Below, in pieces: positions 26,634-40,884 of a stretch of DNA of 64,000 nt (its first letter is position 1; every line of letters starts with the position of its first letter). The DNA lies in contig OX597815.1 of the NCBI GenBank assembly GCA_951406725.2, forward strand, positions 76,880,001 to 76,944,000, in the 5' to 3' direction. This DNA comes from Octopus vulgaris. Taxonomy: Eukaryota. The translations under genes and the position numbers were made by a program. The notes under the pieces are model-generated. The model was given only the letters and a program-made list of their open reading frames with translations, had not been told where the DNA came from and searched no databases.

Positions 26634-29600
26634 TACATACATACGAATATGCATACATACATACATTTATGCATACATACATAAATGCATAAATTCATAC
26701 ATACATACACATTCATATATATTTATATGTATTTGTGCATATACACATATATGCATTTATAATTATGCATAGATTTATATAGACACATATTTCATACATG
26801 GGCATTTGCACGGATATGTATGTGCGAGTACGTGTAAAAAATTAATGTGAAAATTTGTATTAAGAAAGAGACATATATTTAAACCAGATATAGTTGAGCC
26901 ACTCTAATTTTGTAACAATGATCCTGGTTTAGTCATTGGCATAAGTTACAGTTCGGATAAAATAAACTATGTATGTCTGTATATGCATATATGTGTATAT
27001 ATGTGAGTGGATGGGTGTCTATATACGTGTGAGTGTGTGTAAATGTATGTGTGTATGTATTTTATATTTCTTTATTTGAATGTGTGTCAGTGAGAGTTTG
27101 TTTAGATATACATCGAGCTGAAAGTGAAGATACTGAAAGAAGCTTTCTGAGAGCGAATAAATACGAATGATTAAATATCCTTCACGCATTTGATGTTAAT
27201 ATATCAACGGTTCACATGAGCTGCTAATTAACATTGCATTTCTAACGATAGCCGTTCAACCATTTAACATTATCACAAAGCAGATAACTAATGGTCCTTT
27301 GCAGTTCAGTTTGATGCACAACGAAAATATCAAATCTTCTATTAAACTATTCTTCTAAATCAAAAACAGTCTTGTAAAAATATAAAATCGATAATTGCCA
27401 AAAGTTAATCATGATTTTCTTTTCAACTTTATAGAATAAATGAAATCAATAATAAAATATTCAATGCAAACAAAATTTTTAGGACAAACCACTCAAGAAA
27501 GAGAAGTCAACAAATCGTTTAGTACCTTCCATTTAAATCGGTTGACTGCTTTTTTTAAAATACATAATCACAACATTACTCCACGTATAATTACAAGATT
27601 TTCTTTTGCTACATCTTCCCTTCTTTAGAAAGTTTTTGATAGAAAAGATTGTCTCTATATTAAAAAGGAAGAAAATTATAAGATTTAATCTACCGAAAAG
27701 CCAACTTATGTGGAAAGTTTTGATTATAGTCAACTGTCAGTTACTAAAGAACTGCAGGAACCCTTTACCGTTGCATGCATTTTTATGATAGTCAGGTCGA
27801 TGCGGCTGATGTTCATTTGAAATTCTGTACGTTGATGTCCGTATGAAAAATTTTTAAAGAAAACATTTTAGAGGAATTTAATCTGTAAAAACAATAAAGG
27901 AGCTGATCAATGTATGAATGATGAGAAGAAGTGAATTTAGGGCATCTCAGTTAGATTGGGGACGTACTATTTATGTATACATAATGGGTGGTATTACTGT
28001 ACAGCGCACTGTTATAGCCGTCGAAGACACAATAAAAAGAAGAAATAGTGTGACTTTTGTTAGCGGCTTTTGCGTCGATGAGTAAATATTTGTTAATGAA
28101 GCAGATGTCCCTCTGCTTTTTGGTAGTAGGATATTTGCATGTATGAAACAGTAAAATAGCTCCACAATATAATCATTACTGTGAGTTTCATTCAAGCTTG
28201 ATTGAAGATAAATAATTGATCAATGCTGAGAGAAAGTCTTGGTGTTTAGAAATATATATAGTAATGTAATATATGTATGATATCACTATGAGAGATCGTT
28301 ATATATCGTGAGGTACAGTAGTTGTACTGATTTTTGTGGCTTTCATTGTGTTATTCATGTGCAAGAATGTTTCTTTGACATGAGTTTCGATTATGTATTC
28401 ATGCGCTTGAAGGAGAAAGGAGATTAAGGTGTGATGTCACTATGAAAAAATGTTTATAAAATCACTTTAATAGGAATAAGTAATAGTCCACCGTGAATTT
28501 TTTAGCTGCAAGTGGATTATCAGGGCGTGCAGAGGTATAGCTAAAGAGTGATAATATCATCAACGGAGGTCTGTATATCGTTAGAACAAAAGCAATAAGG
28601 AATTGTTTGAGTGAAATAGTTAAACCGTACGTACACCATAATTGTTCAAATATGAGTCGCAGAGGGTCAAATGGATTAACAGTTTATAAATTTTTACCAA
28701 ACATTTCTAAAGGAAGGAAGATTTAATAAACGAATTGTTACAAGAGATAAATCCGACACCATTTTATCTATTGTAACTATCATTTTGGAAAAGCAAGAAA
28801 TTCATTAAATCCCATCGAGAAATCACCAAAAAAATCAATAAAGCTGATCAAACAAATTAACTACTTTTATCATACAAATAATTGGATAATTAAATATTTG
28901 TACTTATTTCAATGTCTGGCGTACAACTAAGCCACTGTTTGCTCTAGTGATAATAATAGATGTGTCAGAATGGAGTGAGGGGAATTGGCTGAGACTGCTT
29001 GTGCAACATTTATGCATAATGTTTAGGTAAACGATTAGCCAATCGTTTACTGTCTAACATTATTTTCATTCGTGTCTACAAGGTTTGCCAAGCAAATTTC
29101 ATATATAAATCTGACTTTTCTAGTTTCGAATTTTCTCAAATGCATTCAGTTTCATCAATCTACATTAGTTGTTGCAATCTGCATTTGTTTGTCTTTTTTT
29201 TTTTTTGTTCAGTCTCTTAACTCTGTCTTCAGCTTTTCCATTCAAATGTTCTCTAGATATTTTCAGTTCAACTATATTTCAACTATTTTAGCTTTCCTGT
29301 CATATTCATTTCGTTATTTTATGTCCTTGTCACTTTAAGAAACAATACAATAATATTTAGCTGCATCACTCAATGAGAAATCTGAAATTTCATACTAGTC
29401 ATGATCGGAGATAACTCTGAGCTAATTTGAAACCATCAGCTGATGTCATTCTCTAAGTTTTCTTGAAACTTTCTTGTAATTCGACTGGAATTTAGAGAGG
29501 GAAACTACTCTTATATGACGCGTCAACAGCCGCTACCCAGTTTAGAAGCCGCCAAGCTGTATTCCTTCAAGTGAATGAATAAAATAATAAACACGAACTT

Positions 29601-30966
29601 TATGCATCCTCAAATGGCAGTCACTCTTCTTTAGAACTCCTGGCTGCTTCACCACTTAGAGTGACAATATCTGAAGGACTAGATATGATTTTATGCTTGG
29701 AAAACTTTTAGTACTGTAGTTTTAAGTCACAAACCAGTACAATAAATATTTAAGCACCAAGCCATTTCTCGGGTGGTGGTCTCTCTTATTTATACGCCAA
29801 TCCTGTTTATTTATCTACCTATATTTCTCTCTCTCTCTGCCTATATATTTATATATATTCACATTTAGGGTAGCATTAAATTAAAATAACAATCTATGTA
29901 TCATACTTAATGCATATAAATACGTGAAAAGCCAGCTACTGCGGTATTCGTTTTGAGGAAATACCTCTTATGCACATGCTATGTTGAAGGCACAATAAAT
30001 ATAGAATAAAATTTTTTTAATGCCCTACCAGCGACCAGCGAGAATATCAGATGCATTTCAGTCTTTGTTAGACTGAAATAAAGTCTTATAAAGACTTTAT
30101 TTCTAATAAAGACCTCTCAATGAAGTGTACTTGCAGCCAGCTACATGCTTAGGCGAGTATTCGTCGCCTATGATGTAGGAAACAGCGAATAAAATATTCA
30201 CTGGCGTTGCAAATAGCCATGCGACTAAATAAAAATCCTGTAAAGGCAACTGAAGTAGTATTCAATTAAAATAGCCATCTATGTATCTAACTTAATATGT
30301 ATGCACCGCTGGTAGGTGAGTTACTTCAGCATATGATCTGAGATAGTTTCTTTCAAGGACGCGTCTTAGGAACAGAACAGAGAAACGTACAATGGAAATG
30401 CAAAGTGTGTAATATGATATGAAGTTAGCATTGAAAGGAAGTAAAAGAATAAACAATGTTTATTTTTGTCTTCCTTTCAACGTTAAGCTAATACTTTTAT
30501 TTCTGCTGTACCTTCATTTCTTCTTCAGAAACATACTTGGCTTATCATACAGACATCGTCGCTCATATTTTCTGATTACCTGTCGTATTAAAGTGGATCG
30601 ATCATATAATATGTAAGAGAAAAGAAAGCTATACAAGAGAAGAGATGCCATGCTTGAGAGTGATATAAAGGGTGGAACGAAACGATTGGTAAAAGAAAAT
30701 AGGCTCAAAACGGAAGTTGGCTTTATATGAGCGCATGTCTGTGTAGCTGAGCCAATGCTTTAGTCCTCCGATCAGTTATGCCAGATGATTGTAAATTTAT
30801 ACACACATAGAAGTTTCTGCAATGTAAAAACGTCCGATGGCATAAATTAGCAGTTACGAAACTAAATCAATAATATTGAATAAATAACATACCCGGTTTG
30901 TTATTTCATACGCAAATGGTGCTTCTCATAACTTAAAAAGTCGTACTGGCAAATTGTGCGCGTGCA

Positions 30967-31197
<231 letters not shown>

Positions 31198-31234
31198 CTT
31201 TATAACTCTGTATATATATATATATATAATCAAA

Positions 31235-31554
31235 TAAGAATGAGCTAAAAGAAATATTTCATGGCGGGCATAAGTCTGAAGGATCAATCTGTTATTCGTT
31301 GCTGACGAAACGCAAGACGCAGACGTAGAGGAACTAGGCAAAGCTGTGACACGGGGAGATATTGATAAATCGAGTATATTTGATCATGTATGGAAAAATG
31401 GAAACCACCTTCCCCTGTTGGATGAAGTTGAAATAATAGACAGAGAACACCACTGGAAAATACGAAAACTAAAAGAAGCAGCACTTATGCTAGGACACAA
31501 CAACCTCCTAACAGACCGAGTGCGAATATGAACAGCATATCGGAACCGGTATTA
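31235..31554 (+). mobile_element. Penelope-like element remnant (C-terminal part of GIY-YIG endonuclease)
   Basis: RGDIDKSSIFDHVWKNGNHLPLLDEVEIIDREHHWKIRKLKEAALM fits the PLE pattern S.+.+H....H......V.I+DRE..W..R++KEA. Confidence 0.75.
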
Positions 31555-31790
31555 AAGGCGGCGAGCTGGCAGAAACGTTAGCACGCTGGGCGAAATGCGT
31601 AGCCGTATTTCGTCTGGCGCTACGTTCTGAGTTCAAATTCTGCCGAGGTTGACTTTGCCTTTCATTCTTTCGGGGTCGATTAAATAAGTACCAGTTACGC
31701 ACTGGGGTCAATATAATCACCTTAATCCGTGTGTCTGTCCTTGTTTATCCTCTCTGTGTTTGGCCTCTTGTGAGTAGTAAAGAAATAGGT
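31555..31790 (+). mobile_element. tRNA-derived Nin/Deu-like SINE, well preserved, inserted at the end of the PLE remnant
   Basis: AAGGCGGCGAGCTGGCAGAAACGTTAGCACG...GAGTTCAAATTC...GCCTTTCATTCTTTCGGGGTCGATTAAATAAGTACCAG. Confidence 0.85.
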
Positions 31791-31854
31791 ATTGAGAAAG
31801 GATAGGAGAATATTAGATTTATAAGCCCTAAAATTCACTCCATATTTACCCACA

Positions 31855-32225
<371 letters not shown>

Positions 32226-32539
32226 AACAATGTGTTTATGAGGAAAAAAACATTTAATATATAATGCAGTTTAAACTCAATTATTTCACTTGAATATTCT
32301 TGAATAATTCAGTATAAAAAGCTACCTTTTATCTTTTACTGGTTTCTATCACTGAACTGTACCCATGCTGGGGCGTTTCGCTTAAGGGTTTTAGTTGAAC
32401 AAATCGACCCCAGTATTTATTCTAGTGGTTTCTTGTGCCAAACCGCTGATTTATGAGGACATTAACAAACCTACATTGGTTGTTAAGTGGAATGGAGAGG
32501 ATGACACATACTCATAGATATGTGTGTACGTTTACATGG

Positions 32540-32692
32540 GCTTTACACAGTTTTCGTCTACTAAATTCACTCATAACACATTGGTAGAACCGGAGCTTGA
32601 AGACAATTACTCTAGGTGTCTCTCAGGGGAACTGAACCCGAAAGGACGTGGTTGCAAAGTGAGCTTTTTAACCATACAGCTATGCCTGCACT
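32540..32692 (-). mobile_element. tRNA-derived SINE, second family
   Basis: Same layout as 13905-14055. Confidence 0.55.
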
Positions 32693-33351
32693 TATGTCTG
32701 TCCCTTTCGCTTTCATGGTGCATTCGCCACTTACCCTACATAGTAATCTACATCAATTACATTATTTTGTTACTAGACCAAGCGCTAAACGCTGGAAATT
32801 ATTTTAAAGGTTTTCTTTAATATTACTATATTTGAACCATCGCACTTACATTTTCCACGTTATTTAGACTTAATCTCGTTAGTAGCATTGTTCTGCTCAA
32901 ACCTTGCCTTTCATATTGACTATTAATTTTGAACTTCACTGCTGTACATAACATCGAGTTGATTATATTAACTTTGATGTTCTTTATTTTAAGATAAATT
33001 ACAAGTAAATTGAAATTGTGAAATATATAAACGTAATTATTATTCTGTCAGAGAAAACAAAATAAAGAAAAGCATCCAGGGAAATTTGCTGCATTCTATT
33101 GTTATTATCGTGAGAAATTATCCTGATATTACGTGGAATCTAAACCTGTAGCATCCCAACTGAAAATCTATGTAATGGAATATTTAGCCAAAAGGGAAAT
33201 ATGAACACTGTTGAATACACTAACACTACAACCATATTTTGATCTCATTTTGAAAACATTTCACCTTGTTTTCGTCAGCACTGCTCTTAAGAGGAGCATA
33301 AAGATCATACGATGGTATTCACCTTTAAATTTTACACTCTGCCTATTTGAT

Positions 33352-33571
33352 AAATATTGGTTTCGAATTTTGGTACAAGACCAGTAATTTCGCAGTAGAG
33401 CGATGTCTATTACATCAACCTCTTTGATCAAATGGTACCTATTTTATCGACCCCGAAAAGATGAAAAGCAAAGTCGACTTCGGCGAAATTTTAACTCAGA
33501 ACGTAAAGGTAGAGGAAATGCCGCCGAGCATTTTGTCCGGCGTAGTAACGACTCTGTCAGGTCGCCGCTTT
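33352..33571 (-). mobile_element. tRNA-derived Nin/Deu-like SINE
   Basis: Reverse complement of the 31555 family (ATCGACCCCGAAAAGATGAAAAGCAAAGTCGAC...CGCCGCTT). Confidence 0.8.
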
Positions 33572-33625
33572 ATCCTATTTAAGAAAAATTGAAACAAATA
33601 TGAGTCACTACGCCATTTGAGCGTG

Positions 33626-33695
33626 GGCATATGACGTAGTGGTTAGGAGCGCGGACTACTAACCCCAAGATTCTGAGTTCGATTCCAGGAAGTAA

Positions 33696-33772
<77 letters not shown>

Positions 33773-34326
33773 GCCCTGATGCAGTACCAGGCAGTGGCTC
33801 TCATGGCTTCTGATCTTAACTGATTGGAAGTGTGATCATGTACAGTGTTTTGTCTTGGTATAAAAGATGGGCTACAGCAAATATTCTGCTCAATACCACA
33901 GATTTGCTTGTCAGTTGTTTGACCTTAACCAGTTGAGCATGTCCCTTAGTGGCTGACGATATGTGCATCTCTGATCACGAGCAGAAGTAGTGGGGGAGCA
34001 TCATAGCCATGTGTTGAGAGGGATTCTTTGGGGTTTGAATAATTCACCTCTGGAAACATGGGTGGTTCTTTCAACATCCTTAAACAACCCTTATTCAGGG
34101 ACCTTTTGAGCGGGATGGGCTACTCAACCTGAAGAAAATTCTAACTGGGCCCCACCTGCAAGATCATGTGCTGTTTATCTTGATATGAGATCACCATGTC
34201 GCGCACATATGGTTGTGATGCATGTGCCTGGTGTACCCTTATCAGACGGGTAGTCATGATGGGTATATTGGGCTTCGTATATTTTACCCCAGTGTCACTT
34301 TGATGGCATGAACTGCTCTCTCACTC

Positions 34327-34372
<46 letters not shown>

Positions 34373-34520
34373 TCGAAAAATACCTTAGGAATGAGAACCC
34401 AGATTCGAAATTTCCCCCAAGACACCTGGTGAAGGCTGGAGGATATATCAGCCGAAACGTTGTGTTAGCAACAAACAAGATAAGGATAAATATCTGTCAA
34501 ATGTAAATAATGTAAATAAC
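33626..34520 (+). mobile_element. tRNA-headed, hammerhead-containing SINE-like element, copy C, split by an insertion in its (AAT)n
   Basis: Head 33626-33700 with A and B boxes; body resumes at 34370; hammerhead motif 34421-34466 with core variant CTGGTGA. Confidence 0.85.
33771..34326. mobile_element. 556-bp non-coding insertion within (AAT)n
   Basis: Higher-GC block flanked on both sides by pure AAT; absent from copies A and B. Confidence 0.75.
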
Positions 34521-34895
34521 GTGAATATGAGTCAAGTTATAGGATGGGTTCAATTATTGATTGGCAATGGCTGGCCTTTTTCGTTGCTAAGTCGTTAGGT
34601 ATTGGGAATAGAATAACACAAACTCGTCTGCTGTACCTGGACTATTTCCAGAAACAAGTGCCTAACTTCATGTACACTTACCACCTCTTTACGCCACGAA
34701 ATAAAAATAAGTCAGTAGATTCGCAGCATCCGTGGACAGACATGAGACGCCAGATTTTGGTTAAGTATAACCATACATATCTACTTTATGGTCGCACTCT
34801 GCGGATTTTCTGTAGGGGGTTACTACTTAAGAATCTCAATAAACTACAACACAAGACAGCAGGAGATTATTATAATGGGTATAGTTTATATTGAG

Positions 34896-34944
<49 letters not shown>

Positions 34945-36652
34945 TTCTTTCTCTCTCTCTCTCCCTAATCCTTCATACTTGTATTGGTCTGCAGCAACAA
35001 GTGCTACAAGCCCAGTAATTATCATGATGCAAGAGTTGTATAAAGCTACCTTATCTTAGATGGGTAACTAAAGACTTGAAAGGCTTCATCTGCCATGAGG
35101 CTAATGTGATGGCTGTGAGTAACCTTCCGGTCAATTTCGTGACATGTTAATTAACTCATACCTAGAGACCTAATAAGTGCTACTACCCTGAGTCAGAGTA
35201 GACCTGGGAACAATGGCTAAGAAGTGGCTCTACACTCTTCAAAATCCTGGTACTTCCAAACTAGTGCCCTACTACTAGATACAGTTCAGTTTAAAGTCAC
35301 ACTCAATACATACCCGATTGACAATACTTTCTTATAACTGTATCAGTGGCGTCCTTGAATATAATTTCTCTGCTTAAAAATCTGTGTTAGTATACCTATC
35401 AAAAAAGCAATATCCGAATAACTAAAGTACATCACTCTTGGATTTCGGCCGGTACCCAACCGGAGGAAGCGTGTTGCGTCCATGAGCAAGGCACGTGACT
35501 TGCCAGATACATCATGTTAATCTTTTTTTTTTAAGGTGGACATAATTATAGTTCGTGTGAGTTAGTTCAGGACAATTAAGACAACCGTTGAAAAAGAGAA
35601 TTCAAAGAATTCAATCATTAGACACTACGCTCCTGTAATACAATTTGCATTGCAATTATCTGAAGTTTTCACACTTTTAGTCATTATTAATTTATTATTT
35701 TAAGATCTCTTGTCATTTTGGCCACTAATGGTTATATTTATTATATTTCTTTCTCGCGTGTATTGAAAATGAAAGAAAATTAACAATTCAGTTCTATATT
35801 GTTATATTGTTACGAACATCATAGAATTGGTGACATTAATAGTGTTTGATAGAGACAACAAAGATATTATAAAATTAAATGAAGAGACGGAGACATTAAT
35901 CTTGGCAGATTTTTTCCTCTCTCAACTGGAATATTTCTAAAAGTAAGCCTTATGCCTTCAAATTACATTTAAAATCGACTGACGCCTTAATTGCATCAGT
36001 ATTGTTGCAGTTTTTTCACCTTCTCTATAACGTTATTGTTTAAATTTTGTCGGAAGCAAATCTCGTTAAACTAAAATAAATTTGCCATTGTTTCATAACT
36101 ATTCTGAGAATATCATTTCGGTCACCAATTACCTGGTTTAAGAACTGAGAAGAAAAAAATGAAAAGATATTCTAAAAGAGTGAAAGACAAAATCTGTTGG
36201 TGTAGTGATTTAATTATGTGAACGCTAACTTCGTTAACGATTCTTGATGCTCTTCGGAATGTGTAATTAATTTAGTCAACAGAAGAAAAATATCTTCTAA
36301 TTTATAAACGTTAATGATGTACACGGAAATGAAGATGGTAAGAAAAAGCGAGAAAAAACTAGAAGACAAGCGACAGAGAGAAGTAATGTAAGAAATTGAA
36401 GGAAAAGCGGAAATTTGAACACTTTTTATTTGCATTTTGGAAGGATTGCATTTCAGAGCTCATTAACTCTATTGTCAATGTTAATTACGTCTAAAAAATG
36501 ATATTGTGGGGTTAAACTATTTTTTCGTGTTGTTATCATCAATTCCTTTTGTTTGAAGTTCAACAGCTAGAATAAGAGGTTTTGTTTTTTGTTGCTATTT
36601 GAATAAGTATATGTGTGTGTACGCACATACTGTATTTAGGTATGTATGTATG

Positions 36653-36656
<4 letters not shown>

Positions 36657-36746
<90 letters not shown>
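36657..36746. repeat. (TA)n microsatellite
   Basis: Pure TA run. Confidence 0.98.
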
Positions 36747-36749
<3 letters not shown>

Positions 36750-37038
36750 TATGTGTATGTGTGTGTACGTACATAACTGCATTTATTTGGGTTTCACTAA
36801 TGTTAATATATATAATGATATAACAGATAGAAAATTCTTACAGAAAGTTAGCTGGGAAAATTGCATTTCTTTCATGTTCGTCTATAAAGTATATTCATTC
36901 TTAGTGACTGTGGAGAAAGTTCTCGAATGTTTAGAATGATGTGCATTCCTGGACAGTTTTCAGTTTCTTCCTCTTTCTTTGTTCACAAATATACTCATAT
37001 ATATCTACCTACATATACATATATACCTATGCGTGCGT

Positions 37039-37094
<56 letters not shown>

Positions 37095-38584
37095 AATGTA
37101 TGTATACTGACACAGAAACACAACACATTTAAAAAGCACAAAAATTTCAGCGAGACACTCGCGTTCTTAAAATCTCTTTGTTTCTTTCTTACTTTCTTTT
37201 TCTCTTTCGTCTCTCGCGTGTTATCAAATGTTCAACTGCAGTGGCAGATATTCTACTAACAATCACAATAGCAATTTATATAACTGACAAATAGTGGCTA
37301 ATGAACAAGGCATATAGTTGTTATTTCAGGCTTCATCGAAAAACTGAAAAGGTTTTTAATTTGTTTTCATTATCGAGAGAACATAATGATCTCATAATAG
37401 ACGTTATTTAGTAAAACTTACCTTACACTGACAAAAAAAAATGTCCTGTAGCGAAACTAAATTATTTAGAGTATCTGGACATTTTTACTGGAAAGAAACT
37501 GTCTTCAACTCAAAATAGGATTGTGCATTTATAAAATATATTAAAATCTTTAAAAGAAACACTCACTACTTTAAGCACAAGGCATGAAATTAGCATGTAA
37601 TCTTGTTGACTCCAGTAGAATGAAAACCAAAATTGATTTCGGCGGGATCTGATTTCAGTACATAAAGAGTTGGCAGAAACGCTGCTAAGCATTTTGTCCG
37701 ATGCGTTAAAAATTCTGCCAGCATGCCGCCTGAATAATAATTGTTTCAAAGTCTGGTACAAGGCCAGCAATTGCAAAGGGAGGCATTAGCCGATTACATC
37801 CACCACAATACTTCATTGTTCTTTATTTAATCAGTCCCTAAAGGATGAAAGGCAAAGTTTACTTCGGTGAGATTTGATTTCAGTACGTAAAGAGGCGGAG
37901 AAAATGCCACTAAACATATAACTACGAAATGCCGCTAAACATATTACTACGAAACAACAGCACATATCCATAGGTCATGTTCAGTTAAAAAAGTAAACGC
38001 TGTAAAAACAAATCCATAACGAAACCAACGAAAAAAGAAAGAACAGTGGACAAGTAACTATAAATACTATGAAATAGTTTATTTATGATTTACAACACTC
38101 CTCCCAAAACATAAAGGAATAAACTCATACCGTAAATACCCAATAAAATTAACAAAGTTCACACGTACCATAGAAGGCCGATACCTGACAGAAGAACAGT
38201 CTTCGCTGCACAAACAACACGCCATACAGAAACTAATACAACAGAAGAGTCAAACCAAACCGCATAATAAGCATACTGATACAATATCCCCCACAAAAAT
38301 AAAAGAATGTAGCACACAACATCCCACCAGCACAAAGGTGCAATAAATGATGCAATAAAAAGTTACTTGAAACTGTCAGATGTTGAAAAATAATAGTCGC
38401 AATGACGTTGGTAATGGACATTACCTTACATTAATTTATGGGAGACAGGAGTTTCCGAAGAAACTTTGGTTGTAACAGCGAAGATGAAATTTGACTTTTA
38501 ACAGAAGGCCTCGTGTTCGGCAGTGGTTCAGTAAAAATGCAGACTGATCACAGCTGTTATCCTAAAACAGCATCAGCAGATAAT

Positions 38585-39250
38585 AGAGTAAGAAGGAAGA
38601 AATAGACCAGCGAAGAAAACAGTATACCAATGCAGTGCTACTTGGAAAGCGAATCTAAAAGAAGGGGGCAATAGAAAACGGATATTAACACTTTGGGTAG
38701 AGAAGGATATGTTTAAAATGACTGAGCAGAAATTATTAGATCAAGCGAATGCTATTAGGAGAGGAAAGTGGATAATAGAATTGGAGTTAGAAGAGATCAC
38801 AAGAGAACTAGAAAAGAAAGACCAAGCAGTAGGAAAGGCAAACAACATAAGAGATACAGCTCAAATCAAATAGAACCTAAAGGAAAAAATAATAATAGCG
38901 CAACTAATAAGGAAGGGAAAACTGCCAACAGTGACTGAAGTGACTTCATTGAGGAAGATCAGAAGAGTTTAGATGAGTTGCAGGAAGTAATGAGTTAAGA
39001 AGTAAGAAAACGATTGCCAGCATTAAAAGGCACAATCAGAAGGAAGCTGCTAGAAATTACTAGGAAAGTAGATTCTGTTATCAGTAGGATAGATACTAAA
39101 AATTTGGAGACACTAACTTATTGCTCTATGCAGGAGGAGCAGTAGTCACTGGAAGATTAAAAACCTCACAGGGAAATATTTAAAAAGAGCAAACATGGAA
39201 AAGGAGACATGGCATTAAGACAAGATCTAAGTTGAATAGAAACCTGGAAA
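38585..39250 (+). mobile_element. N-terminal ORF fragment of an R4/Dong-like LINE
   Basis: RRKK*TSEEN..MQCYLESE..RKRILTLWVEKDMFKMTEQKLLDQANAIRRGKWI.ELELEEITRE resembles the R4-clade N-terminal motif (TEQRL.DQ...I). Confidence 0.7.
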
Positions 39251-40680
39251 AAAATAAATTTATGTCCTTTTGACATGGATCACTCTTCCTTATCAACTGA
39301 AAACATATCAAATTCAATTCTTTAAACGTTTATTAAAACAAACATTCTCATGAATTATTAGATAGCAATCAGATGTATTAAGTTAAAAGAATATAGTCAA
39401 TGCCTATAAACTCCCTAACAAGTGGACACATATACAAGCGCATTAAAACGTTATTTGGACAGATATAGATTGCATGTTGAAGTCGCAAAGCGTTTTAACC
39501 AGGTAGCTGTTACTTAGTAACGAACATTCTTTATCTGCAATATTCTCACTTATTTCATTACTGAGTCGCCATTAAATAACGCAAAGCCATTTATCAATAT
39601 TTCAGCATCTAATGAAATTCAATTTTAAAGTAAATAACTAATTAAATTTCGAAATAAAATTTATCGAAATTTGTCAATAAAATGCTATTTGTATAATCAT
39701 TTCTATCATTTCTTTGAAAAAGTTTTTCATATATTTTCCTTTTTTTATACTTTATAGCCATAAAAATTTACTCTTTTAATATTTTTTTGTTATTTATTTC
39801 AGAGTTTTATTTGCCATTGCAATATCTACTCTAACGGTAGAATTTAAATTAAATAAATTAGTTCTTGGCAGAGATGTTTCTCCAATCCAAGTAGATGTCT
39901 AATTTAAGCACCATCAAGTTGCTATCAATATCCATCGGCAATATCCAGTTGTAAAATAAATTACTTTAAAAAAACAGGCAAATTATTATACCATATGCCT
40001 AATAGCTATACTGCTTGTTGTTTGAGCTCGGTTTATATCGCTATTTTGAAAGTATATATATATGATCATAGATAAACGAGAGAGGAACAAAGTTACATAC
40101 ACTAGTCTTTATGTCGACATTCAGTTAAATAAATAATGCATCTTATTAATGGAACAACTGAAAAGTATCCGCTGTTATGAGCGATGGATGTGCAGAAAAA
40201 CTGTCCTGCGATATTTCTTCCAGCGCTTTACATTCTAAGTTCAACTCACTCCAGTGCTACATTTGCCTTTCATCCCTCAAGATTCGTTAAAATAAAGCGG
40301 CAGACTAGTGCTGGAGTTGATATAATCGACTAAGCCCCTCCCTCAAAATTGCTGGTCTTGAGCCTCAATTAGAAATAATTATATTTCCACATATATTCAG
40401 GTTTTAAAAAAAACTTTCCTCGCATTTTAAATGTATATTGTATAAATTCAATATGTATCTAAACGGTATACGTATCAATGCCTTCAATTGTTTTAAAGCT
40501 ATTTTCAAAACAAACTGATATATATTTAAAACTGAAGTCGGTTTGTTTTATAAATATTTTACTGGTCTGACAATGAGAAATGAAATTTACTCTATTACTG
40601 AGCAAACCGCTTGTTCATCCCATTTTACATCATTATTTGCCGTTTTTGTTTTGTTATTAAAAAAAGTGTGAGAATAATTT

Positions 40681-40845
40681 AGGCGCAGGCTGGTTGTATC
40701 GACCAGAAATGCGCTTTGCAATCATGTGGCTTCGGGTTCAATTCCACTGCGCGGCATCTTAAGTAAATGTTTTCTACTATAGTTCCGAGTTGAACAATAC
40801 TTTGTGAATGAATTTGAAGGGCGGAAATTATGTGGAAGCCCGTCA
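40681..40845 (+). mobile_element. tRNA-derived SINE, second family
   Basis: B box GGTTCAATTCC followed by conserved body ...CTACTATAG...TTTGTGAATGAATTTG...GAAGCCCGTC and a (TA)n tail. Confidence 0.7.

Positions 40846-40884
<39 letters not shown>

Noticed and set aside
30075-30103. 13-bp-arm palindrome GAAATAAAGTCTT-ATA-AAGACTTTATTTC
   Set aside because: Short and AT-rich, with no associated element.
33626-33700. tRNA-Ser(ACT)-like gene (also near 10010, 31855, 50502, 59368)
   Set aside because: Poor acceptor stem, unusual anticodon, no terminator, continues into a repeated body: SINE heads.
34544-34894. 116-aa ORF
   Set aside because: No recognisable motifs or usable splice signals.
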